From an uncultured Candidatus Rokubacteria bacterium (GTDB taxonomy: Bacteria; Methylomirabilota; Methylomirabilia; Rokubacteriales; DASRDR01), in assembly GCA_963826115.1 (NCBI GenBank), contig CAWGVS010000005.1, positions 96,001-160,000 on the forward strand: DNA of 64,000 nucleotides, read 5' to 3'. The translations under genes were made by a program, and so were the position numbers. Numbering within the stretch: position 1 is the first letter of the stretch; every line of letters begins with the position of its first letter. The notes below the pieces were generated by a model, which was not told the origin of the DNA, ran no database searches, and saw only the letters and a program-made list of their open reading frames with translations. Positions 49,017-58,637 of the stretch are shown piece by piece.

Positions 49017-49038
49017 AAGGGGGCCCGCAGGCCCCTTT
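49017..49038 (+). terminator. Putative intrinsic terminator after dcd-pup-FmdB
   Basis: GGGGCC-cgca-GGCCCC followed by TTT. Confidence 0.55.
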
Positions 49039-49071
49039 CGCGTTTCTGGTGATCGGTCGAGGAGGGGCGGC

Positions 49072-52000
49072 GTGGGGACGGCCCTGACCCGGGAGGCCTT
49101 CTCCCTCGAGGCGAAGTACCGTCTCGAGACCGGCCGCGTCTTCATGTCGGGCGTGCAGGCCCTCGTGCGCCTCCCCCTGGACCAGCATCGCGCGGACCGG
49201 CGCCGGGGCCTCGACACCGCGACGCTGATCTCGGGCTACCGGGGATCCCCCCTCGGCGGGCTCGACCAGACGGTGGAGCGGCACCGAGGCCTCCTGGCCG
49301 AGCACCAGGTCGTCTTCATCTCGGGCGTCAACGAGGACCTCGGCGCGACGGCGGTGCTGGGGAGCCAGCTGGCCCACCTGTACGGCGGCGCGCGCCACGA
49401 TGGCGTGCTCGGCATGTGGTACGGGAAGGCGCCCGGCGTCGACCGGAGCGGCGACATCCTCCGCCACGCCAACTTCTCCGGCGTGGGGCGGAACGGGGGC
49501 GTCCTCGCGCTCGCCGGCGACGATCCCCAGGCGAAGTCGTCGACGCTTCCCACCCATTCCGAGGTCGCCTTCTACGACTTCCAGATGCCCGTCCTGTTTC
49601 CCGGCAGCATCCAGGACATCCTGGACCTCGGCCGCCTGGGCTTCGAGCTGTCGCGCTACTCCGGGCTCTGGGTGGCGCTCAAGGTCGTGACCGACGTCGC
49701 CGACGCCGTCGGCACCGCCGAGGTCCATCCCGAGCGGGTGCGGATCGTGGACCCCGGCTTCGTCCACGACGGGCGGCCGTGGGAGATCCGCCAGCTGCCG
49801 GGCCTCCTGCCCCCGTACACGCTCGAGGCCGAGCGCGACATCGTGTACGGGCGCCTCGAGGCCGCGCGGGCGTTCGCCGTCGCCAACGGGATCAACCGGA
49901 TCACCGTGGACACGCCGGGCGCGTGGCTCGGCATCGCCTCGGCCGGGAAGACGTACTACGACCTCCGCCAGGCGCTGACCGACCTCGGGCTGGACGACGC
50001 CGCCCTCCGGCGCCACGGCATCCGGCTGCTGAAGCTGGGGATGCTCTATCCGCTCGAGCGCGGGATCGTGCGGGAGTTCGCCCGCGGGCTCGAGGAGCTG
50101 CTCGTGGTCGAGGAGAAGCGCGGCTTCGTGGAGCTCCTGCTGCGCGAAGCGCTCTACGACCTCGCCGACCGTCCGCGCATCGTGGGGAAGCGGGACGAGG
50201 CGGGGCAGGTCCTCGTGCAGGCCGACGGGGAGCTCGACGCCGATCTCGTCGCGCGGGTCGTCGCCCGCCGCCTCGAGCGCCGGGTCGCCCTCGACTCGGC
50301 GCGGGCGCGCGTCGCGGTCATCGAGGCCGCGCGGGAGCGACCGATCTCGCTGACCCTGGCCCGCCCGCCGTACTTCTGCTCGGGTTGTCCCCACAACCGG
50401 TCGACCGTCGTGCCCGAGGGCTCGATGGCCGCGGGCGGGATCGGCTGCCACGGCCTCGCGATGAACATGGGCCGGAACGTCATCGGGATCACCCAGATGG
50501 GGGGCGAGGGCGCCCAGTGGGTGGGCCTCGCGCCGTTCGTCGACGTGCCCCACCTCTTCCAGCAGCTCGGCGACGGCACGCTCTTCCACTCGGGCTCGCT
50601 CGCGATCCGCCAGGCGGTGGCCGCGGGTACCCATGTGACCTACAAGATCCTGTACAACTCCGCGGTCGCGATGACGGGTGGCCAGGACGCCGCCGGCGCC
50701 CGGCCGGTGCCGGACCTCACGCGGCAGCTGGACGCGGAGGGCGTGCGGCGCATCCTGGTGCTGACCGACGAGCCCGAGAAGTATCCGACGGGGGCGCGCT
50801 GGGCGCCCGGCGTCGAGGTGTGGCACCGGGACCGCCTGGACGAGGCGCAGCGGATCCTGCGCGAGCTGCCCGGGGTCACCGCCCTCATCTACGACCAGCG
50901 CTGCGCGGCCGAGAAGCGCCGCCTCCGGAAGCGCGGCAAGCTGCCCGATCCCGCGATGCGCGTGGTCGTCAACGAGCTGGTGTGCGAGGGGTGCGGCGAC
51001 TGCGGCGTGAAGTCGAACTGCCTGTCCGTGCAGCCGGTCGAGACGGAGTTCGGCCGCAAGACCCAGGTCCACCAGTCGTCCTGCAACAAGGACTACTCGT
51101 GCCTCCGGGGCGACTGCCCGTCCTTCCTCACCGTCGTGCCGGCGGCCGGGCCGCGGCCGAAGGCGCGGAAGCGCTACGTCGTGGACCGGGAGATCGCCGA
51201 GCCCGCGCTTCGCGTGCGGCGGACGGCGGGTCTCTTCCTCATGGGGATCGGCGGCACCGGCGTCGTGACCGTGAACCAGATCCTCGGCACGGCCGCGCTC
51301 CTCGACGGCAAGCACGTCGCGGGTCTCGACCAGACGGGGCTCAGCCAGAAGGGCGGGCCGGTCGTCTCGCACCTCCGCATCGGCGAGAGCGAGGCGGACG
51401 TCGCCGGGAAGGTCGGGGTCGCGGAGGCCGACGCCTACCTCGGGTTCGACCTGCTCGTCGCGACCGCGGCGCCCAACCTCCTCCGCGCCCGGCCGGATCT
51501 CACGATCGCGGTCGTGTCCACCACCCAGGTGCCGACCGGCGCGATGGTGGCCTCGACCGACGTCGCGTTCCCCGACCCCGGCGGGCTCCTGGCCGCCGTG
51601 AACCGCGTCACGCGGAAGGACGAGAACGTGTTCGTGGACGCGGTCGGCCTCGGGGAGGCGCTCTTCGGGGACCACATGGCCGCCAACATGATCCTGCTGG
51701 GCGCGGCGTACCAGGCGGGCGCGATCCCGGTGCACGGCGCGGCGATCGAGGAGGCCATCGCGGTCAACGGCGTCCAGGTCGAGATGAACACCCAGGCCTT
51801 CCGCGTCGGGCGGCTCCTCGTCGCCGACCCCGGCTGGGTCGCCACCGTGCAGCGGACCCGGGCCGGGGCCGTCGACACCCGCGCGGCGCTCGACGCGCCC
51901 GCGCGCACCCTGGTCGACGCCGCGGGCGCGAGCGGCGAGCTGCGGCGGCTCCTCGAGGCGAGGGTCCCGGAGCTGATCGCCTACCAGGACGAGGCCTACG

Positions 52001-52548
52001 CGCGCGCCTACGTGGACTTCGTCCGGAAGGTCGCCGAGACGGAGCGCGCGGCGGTGCCCGGCGAGACGCGCGTCGCCGAGGCGGTGGCGCGGTACCTCTA
52101 CAAGCTCATGGCCTACAAGGACGAGTACGAGGTGGCGCGGCTCCACCTTCGTCCCGAGGTCCGCGCGTCGATCGAGGCGGAGCTCGGGCCGGCCGAGGTG
52201 CGCTACCAGCTCCACCCGCCGATCCTCCGGGCGCTGGGCATGCAGCGGAAGCTCTCCCTCGGTACGTGGGTGGAGCCGCTCTTCCGGCTGCTGGTCGCGA
52301 TGCGTCGTCTCCGCGGCACCCCGCTCGACCTGTTCGGGCTCGCGCGAGTCCGCCGGATCGAGCGAGCCCTCGTCGCCGAGTACCGGACGATGGTCGAGCG
52401 GACGCTCCGCGACCTCTCGCCGGACCGCCACGAGCGCGCGCTCAGCATCGCGCGCCTGCCCGACCTCGTCCGCGGCTACGAGGACGTCAAGCTCCGCAAC
52501 GTCCAGCGGTTCCGCGAGGAAGCGCGGGCCCTCGGGGCCCAGGGCTGA
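49072..52548 (+). CDS. Indolepyruvate:ferredoxin oxidoreductase family, fused subunits
   Basis: ISGYRGSPLGG, WYGKAPGVDRSGD, FCSGCPHN, GDGTLFHSG (TPP), CEGCGDC, AYKDEYEVARL. Confidence 0.93.
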   Translation: MGTALTREAFSLEAKYRLETGRVFMSGVQALVRLPLDQHRADRRRGLDTATLISGYRGSPLGGLDQTVERHRGLLAEHQVVFISGVNEDLGATAVLGSQLAHLYGGARHDGVLGMWYGKAPGVDRSGDILRHANFSGVGRNGGVLALAGDDPQAKSSTLPTHSEVAFYDFQMPVLFPGSIQDILDLGRLGFELSRYSGLWVALKVVTDVADAVGTAEVHPERVRIVDPGFVHDGRPWEIRQLPGLLPPYTLEAERDIVYGRLEAARAFAVANGINRITVDTPGAWLGIASAGKTYYDLRQALTDLGLDDAALRRHGIRLLKLGMLYPLERGIVREFARGLEELLVVEEKRGFVELLLREALYDLADRPRIVGKRDEAGQVLVQADGELDADLVARVVARRLERRVALDSARARVAVIEAARERPISLTLARPPYFCSGCPHNRSTVVPEGSMAAGGIGCHGLAMNMGRNVIGITQMGGEGAQWVGLAPFVDVPHLFQQLGDGTLFHSGSLAIRQAVAAGTHVTYKILYNSAVAMTGGQDAAGARPVPDLTRQLDAEGVRRILVLTDEPEKYPTGARWAPGVEVWHRDRLDEAQRILRELPGVTALIYDQRCAAEKRRLRKRGKLPDPAMRVVVNELVCEGCGDCGVKSNCLSVQPVETEFGRKTQVHQSSCNKDYSCLRGDCPSFLTVVPAAGPRPKARKRYVVDREIAEPALRVRRTAGLFLMGIGGTGVVTVNQILGTAALLDGKHVAGLDQTGLSQKGGPVVSHLRIGESEADVAGKVGVAEADAYLGFDLLVATAAPNLLRARPDLTIAVVSTTQVPTGAMVASTDVAFPDPGGLLAAVNRVTRKDENVFVDAVGLGEALFGDHMAANMILLGAAYQAGAIPVHGAAIEEAIAVNGVQVEMNTQAFRVGRLLVADPGWVATVQRTRAGAVDTRAALDAPARTLVDAAGASGELRRLLEARVPELIAYQDEAYARAYVDFVRKVAETERAAVPGETRVAEAVARYLYKLMAYKDEYEVARLHLRPEVRASIEAELGPAEVRYQLHPPILRALGMQRKLSLGTWVEPLFRLLVAMRRLRGTPLDLFGLARVRRIERALVAEYRTMVERTLRDLSPDRHERALSIARLPDLVRGYEDVKLRNVQRFREEARALGAQG

Positions 52549-52567
52549 CACGGGGGCCGGCGGACAC

Positions 52568-53458
52568 ATGGACCTGCGCCAGATGGAGGTGTTCGCCGGC
52601 GTGTACGAGCTCCGGAGCTTCTCGCGGACGGCGTCGGCGCTCCGCCTGACCCAGTCCACGGTGAGCGAGCACGTGCGGCTCCTCGAGGAGGAGCTGGGGA
52701 CGCGGCTGTTCGACCGGCTGAGCCGCGAGACCGTCCCCACGCGCGCCGGCGAGCTCCTCTACGGCTACGCGCGGCAGATGCTCGCGCTCCGGACGGAGGC
52801 TCGCCAGGCCCTCGATCAGTTCCTCGGGCAGATCACGGGGACGCTGATCATGGGCGCGAGCACGATTCCCGGCGAGTACGTCCTGCCGGCGGTGATCGGC
52901 CGCTTCCGCGAGCGGCACCCCCGGGTGTCGATCACCCTCCAGATCTCGGACACCCGGGGCATCGTCCAGGCCGTGCTCGATGGTCAGGTCGACGCGGGGG
53001 TGGTCGGGGCCGACCCCGCCAACCGCGGGCTGGAGACGCGGGCGCTCATGCCCGACGAGCTCGTGCTCGTGGTGCCGCCAGACCACCGGTGGAAGGATCG
53101 GTCGGAGGCCACGATCGACGAGCTGCGGACCGAGCCGCTGATCGTGCGCGAGCCCGGCTCGGGCTCGCGGCAGGCCTTCGAGGACGCGCTGGGAGCGGCG
53201 GGCCGGAGCCTCGGCGAGATGCAGGTCATCGCCGAGATGGGCTCCACGAGCGCGATCAAGCAGGCGGTCAAGGCGGGCGTCGGCGTGTCCGTCATGTCGA
53301 GCCGGGCGGCCGAGGACGAGTGCCGTCACGGCCTCCTGGCCTGCGTCCGGCTGAAGGACCTCGCGGTGACGCGACACTTCTACGTCATCACGCACGCCAG
53401 CCGATCGCGCTCGCCGCTCTGCCGCGCCTTCCTCGACTTCCTGCAGGGTCCCGCGTAG
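52568..53458 (+). CDS. LysR-family regulator (CysL/selenium-metabolism-associated-like)
   Basis: HTH SFSRTA..LTQSTVS; GASTIPGEYVLP; REPGSGSR; GSTSAIKQAV. Confidence 0.9.
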   Translation: MDLRQMEVFAGVYELRSFSRTASALRLTQSTVSEHVRLLEEELGTRLFDRLSRETVPTRAGELLYGYARQMLALRTEARQALDQFLGQITGTLIMGASTIPGEYVLPAVIGRFRERHPRVSITLQISDTRGIVQAVLDGQVDAGVVGADPANRGLETRALMPDELVLVVPPDHRWKDRSEATIDELRTEPLIVREPGSGSRQAFEDALGAAGRSLGEMQVIAEMGSTSAIKQAVKAGVGVSVMSSRAAEDECRHGLLACVRLKDLAVTRHFYVITHASRSRSPLCRAFLDFLQGPA

Positions 53459-53481
53459 CCGCGTCGCGGCGCCGAAACGAG

Positions 53482-53515
53482 CGACGCCCCGGAAGGCGTG
53501 CCTCCCGGGGCGTCG
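53482..53515. terminator. Strong hairpin between convergent genes
   Basis: Perfect 11-bp inverted repeat cgacgccccgg/ccggggcgtcg. Confidence 0.55.
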
Positions 53516-53542
53516 GGGTCGCGCGGCGCGAGAGCGCGGGCG

Positions 53543-54625
53543 CTAGAGCGAGATCTCCCGCGACCTGATCGCGTAGCGGAACGTGTCGGGGTCGAGGCAG
53601 TCGAGCCGCGTCGCCGCGGTCTCGGCCTGCGGGTACATGAGGAAGGCCACCGGGGCGCCGGGCGAGCCAGGCAGCCTGAGGTCGTGGGCGTAGTTGTAGG
53701 CGAGCCAGTTCATCTCCCAGGCGCCGAACAGCTTGGCCCGCGCCTTCAGCACCTGCGGATCGTCGAGGGGGAGGCCGCCGGCCTTCTCCTCGAGGACGAC
53801 CTTGCGGACATCGGCGGGGTCCACCGGCACCCAGCCGTGGCCGGCGGCGTAGAACTCGGCCCGGCAGTGCTGGGCCTTCGTGATGTCGCCGCTTCTCCCG
53901 AGGCTCTTGAAGTCCGCCGAGTCGGCGACGCGGATACCGTAGACGTCCCGGGCGGGGATGCCCAGCGACCGCGCGAAGCCGACGAACAGCGCGTTCAGGT
54001 CCGCGCACTTGCCGCCGAGGTTCCGAGTCTCCAGCATCGTCTTGATGTCGCCGAGCCCGCACCCCCGGACCTTCGCGTCGCGGAAGGTGTTGTCGACGAT
54101 CCACTCGTAGAGGGCGCGGGCCTTCTCCACGTCGGTCCGGGCGGCCTTCGTGATCTCCCGCGCGGTCTCGGCGACGATGCCGTCCGTGGGGATGAGGTCG
54201 GTCGCCTGGAGATAGCGGCGGAGCGCGGCCGGGTCCTCGACCGCGCCGGCACCCGGGCCGCTCAGGTCCACCTTGCGGTCGCGCGTGGCGATCCGGCTGA
54301 CCACCTCGAGGACCGGTCCCGTCGTGCCGGCCGGCCACTCGGCGACCACGAAGCCGGCGTCATACCGCGGATCGCGGACGGCGTCCGCGCTGACCGCGTT
54401 CCCGGTCCACGTGCGCCCGAGGGTCCGGTGGTAGTCGGTGTCCTCGGAGAGGGGCAAGGGCACCCACGCCCGGGTCACGCCGGAGGGCGCGGCGATCTCC
54501 ACCCGGGTCGTGACCTCGAAGGTCCGCCACCGGCCGGCGTCCGCCGCCCAGACGGCGGGAAGCCTGGCGAAGCCTGCGGCCATCGAGGTCAGAGCGGTCG
54601 TCCTGAGAAACGCGCGTCGGTTCAT
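53543..54625 (-). CDS. Tat-exported transglutaminase-like protein
   Basis: MNRRAFL Tat signal; GKCAD, QHCRAEF, WVPVDP (Cys-His-Asp triad). Confidence 0.88.
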   Translation of the reverse strand: MNRRAFLRTTALTSMAAGFARLPAVWAADAGRWRTFEVTTRVEIAAPSGVTRAWVPLPLSEDTDYHRTLGRTWTGNAVSADAVRDPRYDAGFVVAEWPAGTTGPVLEVVSRIATRDRKVDLSGPGAGAVEDPAALRRYLQATDLIPTDGIVAETAREITKAARTDVEKARALYEWIVDNTFRDAKVRGCGLGDIKTMLETRNLGGKCADLNALFVGFARSLGIPARDVYGIRVADSADFKSLGRSGDITKAQHCRAEFYAAGHGWVPVDPADVRKVVLEEKAGGLPLDDPQVLKARAKLFGAWEMNWLAYNYAHDLRLPGSPGAPVAFLMYPQAETAATRLDCLDPDTFRYAIRSREISL

Positions 54626-54770
54626 GTCGCTGGCCCTCCTTGAGGCACTCGGTGTCCCGGCCACGCTAGTGTGACGAGCCCGAGCATATTCGGGATTCCC
54701 TATGAGCACAAATCGGAATTCACGATGAGCACACGCGCAACTCATCGGAATCGGGCGGACCGGGACCGCC

Positions 54771-55316
54771 TCAGGAGTCCTTCTGGAGGAGTGCCTCGAG
54801 GAAGGCGTGACCCTGGGGGCCATCCCATTCGCGGGCCCCTTGGGCCGAGTAGAGCGGCACGCCGGTCCGGCTCAGGACGACGGTGGAGGGAAGCGCCCAG
54901 ACGCGGAAGAGGCGGGCCACGCTCTGCTGCGGGTCCAGCCCGACCGGGAAGGTGAGGCCGTGGCGCTTCAGATAGGTACGCACTGCGGACGCGCCTTCGC
55001 GGTCCACCGACAGCGCGAGCACCACGAGGCCGCGGTCCCGGTAGGCTCGCGAGATGCGCTCCATGGCCGGCATCTCTTCGAGGCACGGCTCGCACCAGGT
55101 GGCCCAGAAGTTCAGGAGGACCACCTTGCCCCGGAGGTCGCCGATCGCGATCGTGCCCCCGTCCGGCGTGGCCGCGGTGAACGGCGTGGCCGGCCCGCTG
55201 CCGCCGAGCCGCGTGAGCGAGAGGACGTCCGCGGGCCCCTCGGCCCGGGCCGTCGCCACCGCCAGCAGACCGAGCGCCAGCGCGCGCGCGGCGAGACGGA
55301 CGGCGCGGCGTCTCAC
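54771..55316 (-). CDS. TlpA-family thiol-disulfide oxidoreductase
   Basis: GKVVLLNFWATWCEPCLEEMP; signal peptide. Confidence 0.9.
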   Translation of the reverse strand: MRRRAVRLAARALALGLLAVATARAEGPADVLSLTRLGGSGPATPFTAATPDGGTIAIGDLRGKVVLLNFWATWCEPCLEEMPAMERISRAYRDRGLVVLALSVDREGASAVRTYLKRHGLTFPVGLDPQQSVARLFRVWALPSTVVLSRTGVPLYSAQGAREWDGPQGHAFLEALLQKDS

Positions 55317-55353
55317 GCGGAAGCCGGCGCCGGGGGTCCCGAGAGACCCCGGG

Positions 55354-56229
55354 TCACCGGGCGGCGCGGAGGCGGGGCAGGACGTCCGCGGCGACGCGCT
55401 CGAGGACCGGGAACTGCTCGGGCCCCGGGGCGTCGACGATGAACTCGTTGACGCCAGCCTCACCGTATCGGCCCACCATCTCCTCGAACGCCCCCACGCT
55501 GGACCAGGGATCGGCGAGCCCCTGCTCCTTCATCTTCGACGCCCACCCGTAGAACGACCGCCAGATGGCGCCCGGGTCCCGGCCGATCGCCCGGCAGTGC
55601 TCGTCGAGAACCTGGTTTCGCTCGCGCATCTCCTGAACGGTCCCGAACGAGTTCCAGGAGTCCGCGTACTCCGCGCAGATCCGGAGCATGCGCGACTTGT
55701 GGGCGCCGAGGGTCAGCGGGGGCCGCGGCCGCTGGATGGGGCTCGGGCGAACGTGGGCGTCCTTCAGCCGGTAGTACTTCCCCGCGAACGTGACGTGGCC
55801 ATGGCGGAGGAGCCCGTCGACGATCTGCACGGCCTCGTGGAACCGCCCCACCAGCTCCCCGGGCGGCGCGAGCGTGATGCCGAACTGCTCGTGCTCCGGC
55901 ACGAACCATCCGGCGCCGATTCCGAGCTCCAGCCGGCCATTCGAGATGTGATCGACGGTCATCGCCTCGTGGGCGAGGAGGCCGGGATGGCGGAACGTGT
56001 TGGAGCTGACCAGCACGCCGATGCGGATGCGTGACGTCCGCGCGGCCAGCCCGGCGAGCAGCGTCCACCCTTCGTAGTACGGCCCGGTCGGGCGGCTCGG
56101 CTGGTTGAAGTGGTCGCAGTCCCACGCGCTGTCGAAGCCCAGCCGCTCGAAGTACTGCCAGCGCTCGACGTTGACGTCGAACGGGAGGTTCTGATCGGTG
56201 CACAGGCCGAAGCGCATCCCACGGGGCAT
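55354..56229 (-). CDS. LLM-class (luciferase-like) flavin-dependent oxidoreductase
   Basis: GFDSAWDCDH, LAARTSRIRIG, DHISNGRLELGIGAGW. Confidence 0.9.
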   Translation of the reverse strand: MPRGMRFGLCTDQNLPFDVNVERWQYFERLGFDSAWDCDHFNQPSRPTGPYYEGWTLLAGLAARTSRIRIGVLVSSNTFRHPGLLAHEAMTVDHISNGRLELGIGAGWFVPEHEQFGITLAPPGELVGRFHEAVQIVDGLLRHGHVTFAGKYYRLKDAHVRPSPIQRPRPPLTLGAHKSRMLRICAEYADSWNSFGTVQEMRERNQVLDEHCRAIGRDPGAIWRSFYGWASKMKEQGLADPWSSVGAFEEMVGRYGEAGVNEFIVDAPGPEQFPVLERVAADVLPRLRAAR

Positions 56230-56308
56230 TCCCGACCTCCGGAGCGAGGGTGACGGACGCCGGAGCGCGTCTCCAGCCTCCGAGTATGAGAGGCGGGGCG
56301 CGGGAGCG

Positions 56309-56575
56309 TCAATCGGCCCGGTGGGGGGCTTGCTTCTCCTTGCGGATGAACTCGATGAGGCGCTGCGTCAGCTCCGGGGGGATGTCGTCGGCTTGCAGCG
56401 TGCGCGCCATGTGCACCGTGTTGCGGTAGGTGTTGACGAACGTCACGCAGGGTGGACAGAGGTCCAGGTGGATCTCAAGCGCCCTGGCGCGCTCGAGCGG
56501 CAGCTCGCCCGAGATGTAGTCCACGAGGAGCTCCACGCACTCGTCGCAGCGCGCCACGTGGGGGATGAGTTCCAC
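56309..56575 (-). CDS. Small zinc-finger anti-sigma (zf-HC2/ZAS) domain protein
   Basis: CDECVELLVDYISGEL...HLDLCPPC (HxxxCxxC). Confidence 0.8.
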   Translation of the reverse strand: MELIPHVARCDECVELLVDYISGELPLERARALEIHLDLCPPCVTFVNTYRNTVHMARTLQADDIPPELTQRLIEFIRKEKQAPHRAD

Positions 56576-56789
56576 GCTCCGTCGCTCTCCTCCGGCCCGG
56601 CGGCCGCTCTGGCCCGAGCCGCCCTGATCGTAACACGGGGGTCCCGGGGGGGCGTCCGGCCGGCCCGGCCGGGGTCCACCCTGTTCATGAGACGGCCCGG
56701 GCGGGCGAATGGGTGCGGGGCCGCGGCGCGGGCCGGCCCCTGGGAGCGGCCCGTCGACTCCGCTATCATGGCGTCTCGAGGAGGCCGCC

Positions 56790-57248
56790 ATGGCGCTCAA
56801 GAAGCTCGGCCACGTGGTCCTCAAAGTCCGCGACCTCGACCGGTCCGAGGCGTTCTACACGGGCGTCCTCGGTCTGGCGGTGACCGGGCGGATGCCCGGG
56901 CGCATGGTGTTCTTCGCCGTGCCCGGCAACCCCGACTCGCACGACCTCGGTCTCTGGAAGGTGGGGGCGGACGCGGCAGCGCCCGCGCCGAAACAGGTCG
57001 GCCTGTTCCACGTCGCGTGGCAGGTCGAGCGCGAGGAGGACCTCCGGACGTTCCACGACTCGCTTGCGGCACGGGGGATTCCCGTCCAGCTCACGATGGA
57101 CCACGGCGCGAACCTGTCCGTGTACTTCGAGGACCCCGACGGGAACATGCTCGAGGTCACGTACGAGAAGCCGCGCGAGACGTGGCCTCCTGGCCAGAAC
57201 CCGTTCGCTGGCCGCGAGCCCCTGCCGTTCCAGGCCGCGCCCCGCTGA
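56790..57248 (+). CDS. VOC (glyoxalase/extradiol dioxygenase-like) protein
   Basis: LGHVVLKVRDL, GLFHVAW, SVYFEDPDGNMLE; GGAGG RBS. Confidence 0.9.
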   Translation: MALKKLGHVVLKVRDLDRSEAFYTGVLGLAVTGRMPGRMVFFAVPGNPDSHDLGLWKVGADAAAPAPKQVGLFHVAWQVEREEDLRTFHDSLAARGIPVQLTMDHGANLSVYFEDPDGNMLEVTYEKPRETWPPGQNPFAGREPLPFQAAPR

Positions 57249-57265
57249 CCCGCGAGACCGCCGAG

Positions 57266-58624
57266 ATGGAGCCCGTGCTCGCAGCCCTCGCCCGCTTCGT
57301 GGTCGCCACCTCCGAGGTCTCCGTTCCCGACGAGGTGCGCGAGCACGCGGCGCTGGTCGTCGCCGACACCGTGGGCGCGATCGTCGGCGGGAGCCAGGAG
57401 CCGGAGATCCAGCGGCTCCACGCCGGCGCCGACCGCGCGGCCGGGCCCGCGACCGTGCTGGGGGCGGGCTTTCCTCGCGTCGAGCCCTGGTGGGCGATCG
57501 TGTCCAACGGTCTCGCGGGCACCATGCTCGAGCTGGACGAGGGCAATCGCTACGCGCTCGGGCACCCCGGGATCCACGTGTTCCCCGCGGCGCTGGCCGA
57601 GGCCGAGCGCCTCGGCCGGTCCGGCGGCGCCTTCCTCGCCGCGTTCACCGTGGGCTACGACGTCGCGGCGCGGCTGGGGGGCGGCGCGCCGGTCCGTCCC
57701 GTGATGCACATGCACGGCGTCCACGGCGCCGTGGGCGCGGCCGCCGCCGTCGCCTGCCTGCGTGAGCTGGACGAGGGCCTCACCGCCCGGGCGCTCGGGG
57801 TCGCGGCCGGACTGACGCTCCAGACGTCGTGGCGGACCGCCCTCGGAGGCGCCACCGTGCGGAATGCCTACGCGGGAGTCGCCGGCGCGAACGGCTGGCT
57901 CGCGGTCGACCTGGCGATGGCCGGGCTCACGCCCTTGCCCGACATGTTGTCCGAGATCTTCGGGCGGATCGCCGGCGCCGGGCTCGACGCCGCGTTCGTC
58001 CTGGACGGCCTCGGCGAGCGCTTCGAGATCGGCCGCAACTACTTCAAGCGCTACGCCTGCTGCCGGTACAACCACCCCGCGGTGGAGGCGCTGGAGGAGA
58101 TCCTCGCCGAGACGCCGATCGCTCCCGACCGGGTGGTGTCCATCCACGTGGCCGCGTCCGCGCGCGGCGCGACCATGAGCGAGCGTGAGCCGGTGGGCGC
58201 GCTCGGGGCGAAGTTCTCGATCCCGTACGCGCTGGCCGTCCGCCTCGTGCGGGGCGGCTGCGGAGTCGACGCGTTCCGCGAGCCGGCGCTCTCGGACGTG
58301 CGGGTGCGCGCGCTCGCGCGGCGCGTCGAGGTTGTCGAGGACCCCGCGCTCACCGCGCTCGTGCCGCGCGCCCGTCCCGCGCGGGTGGAGGTCCGGCTCG
58401 ACGACGGGCGCGCGCTCGTCCGCCAGGTGGACCAGCCGTCGGGCGAGTACGACCGCTCGTATTCCGAGGCTCTCCTTCGGGAGAAGTTCGTCGAGCTGGC
58501 CGCGCCCGACCTCGGGTCGGCGGGCGCGGCGTGGGACCTGTGCCGGCGCACGGCCGAGCTCAAGACGGCCCGCGAGCTCACCGACGGTCTCCGGGGGCTC
58601 GCCGCCACCCGGCATCCTCACTGA
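57266..58624 (+). CDS. MmgE/PrpD-family protein
   Basis: LELDEG..GHPG, YFKRYACCRYNH, AKFSIPY, LREKF. Confidence 0.88.
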   Translation: MEPVLAALARFVVATSEVSVPDEVREHAALVVADTVGAIVGGSQEPEIQRLHAGADRAAGPATVLGAGFPRVEPWWAIVSNGLAGTMLELDEGNRYALGHPGIHVFPAALAEAERLGRSGGAFLAAFTVGYDVAARLGGGAPVRPVMHMHGVHGAVGAAAAVACLRELDEGLTARALGVAAGLTLQTSWRTALGGATVRNAYAGVAGANGWLAVDLAMAGLTPLPDMLSEIFGRIAGAGLDAAFVLDGLGERFEIGRNYFKRYACCRYNHPAVEALEEILAETPIAPDRVVSIHVAASARGATMSEREPVGALGAKFSIPYALAVRLVRGGCGVDAFREPALSDVRVRALARRVEVVEDPALTALVPRARPARVEVRLDDGRALVRQVDQPSGEYDRSYSEALLREKFVELAAPDLGSAGAAWDLCRRTAELKTARELTDGLRGLAATRHPH

Positions 58625-58637
58625 TCCGGAGGGACGC

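Noticed and set aside
48982-49040. Selenocysteine readthrough of the FmdB TGA after CGCH
   Set aside because: FmdB proteins normally end at this Cys-rich tail and the following hairpin looks like a terminator.
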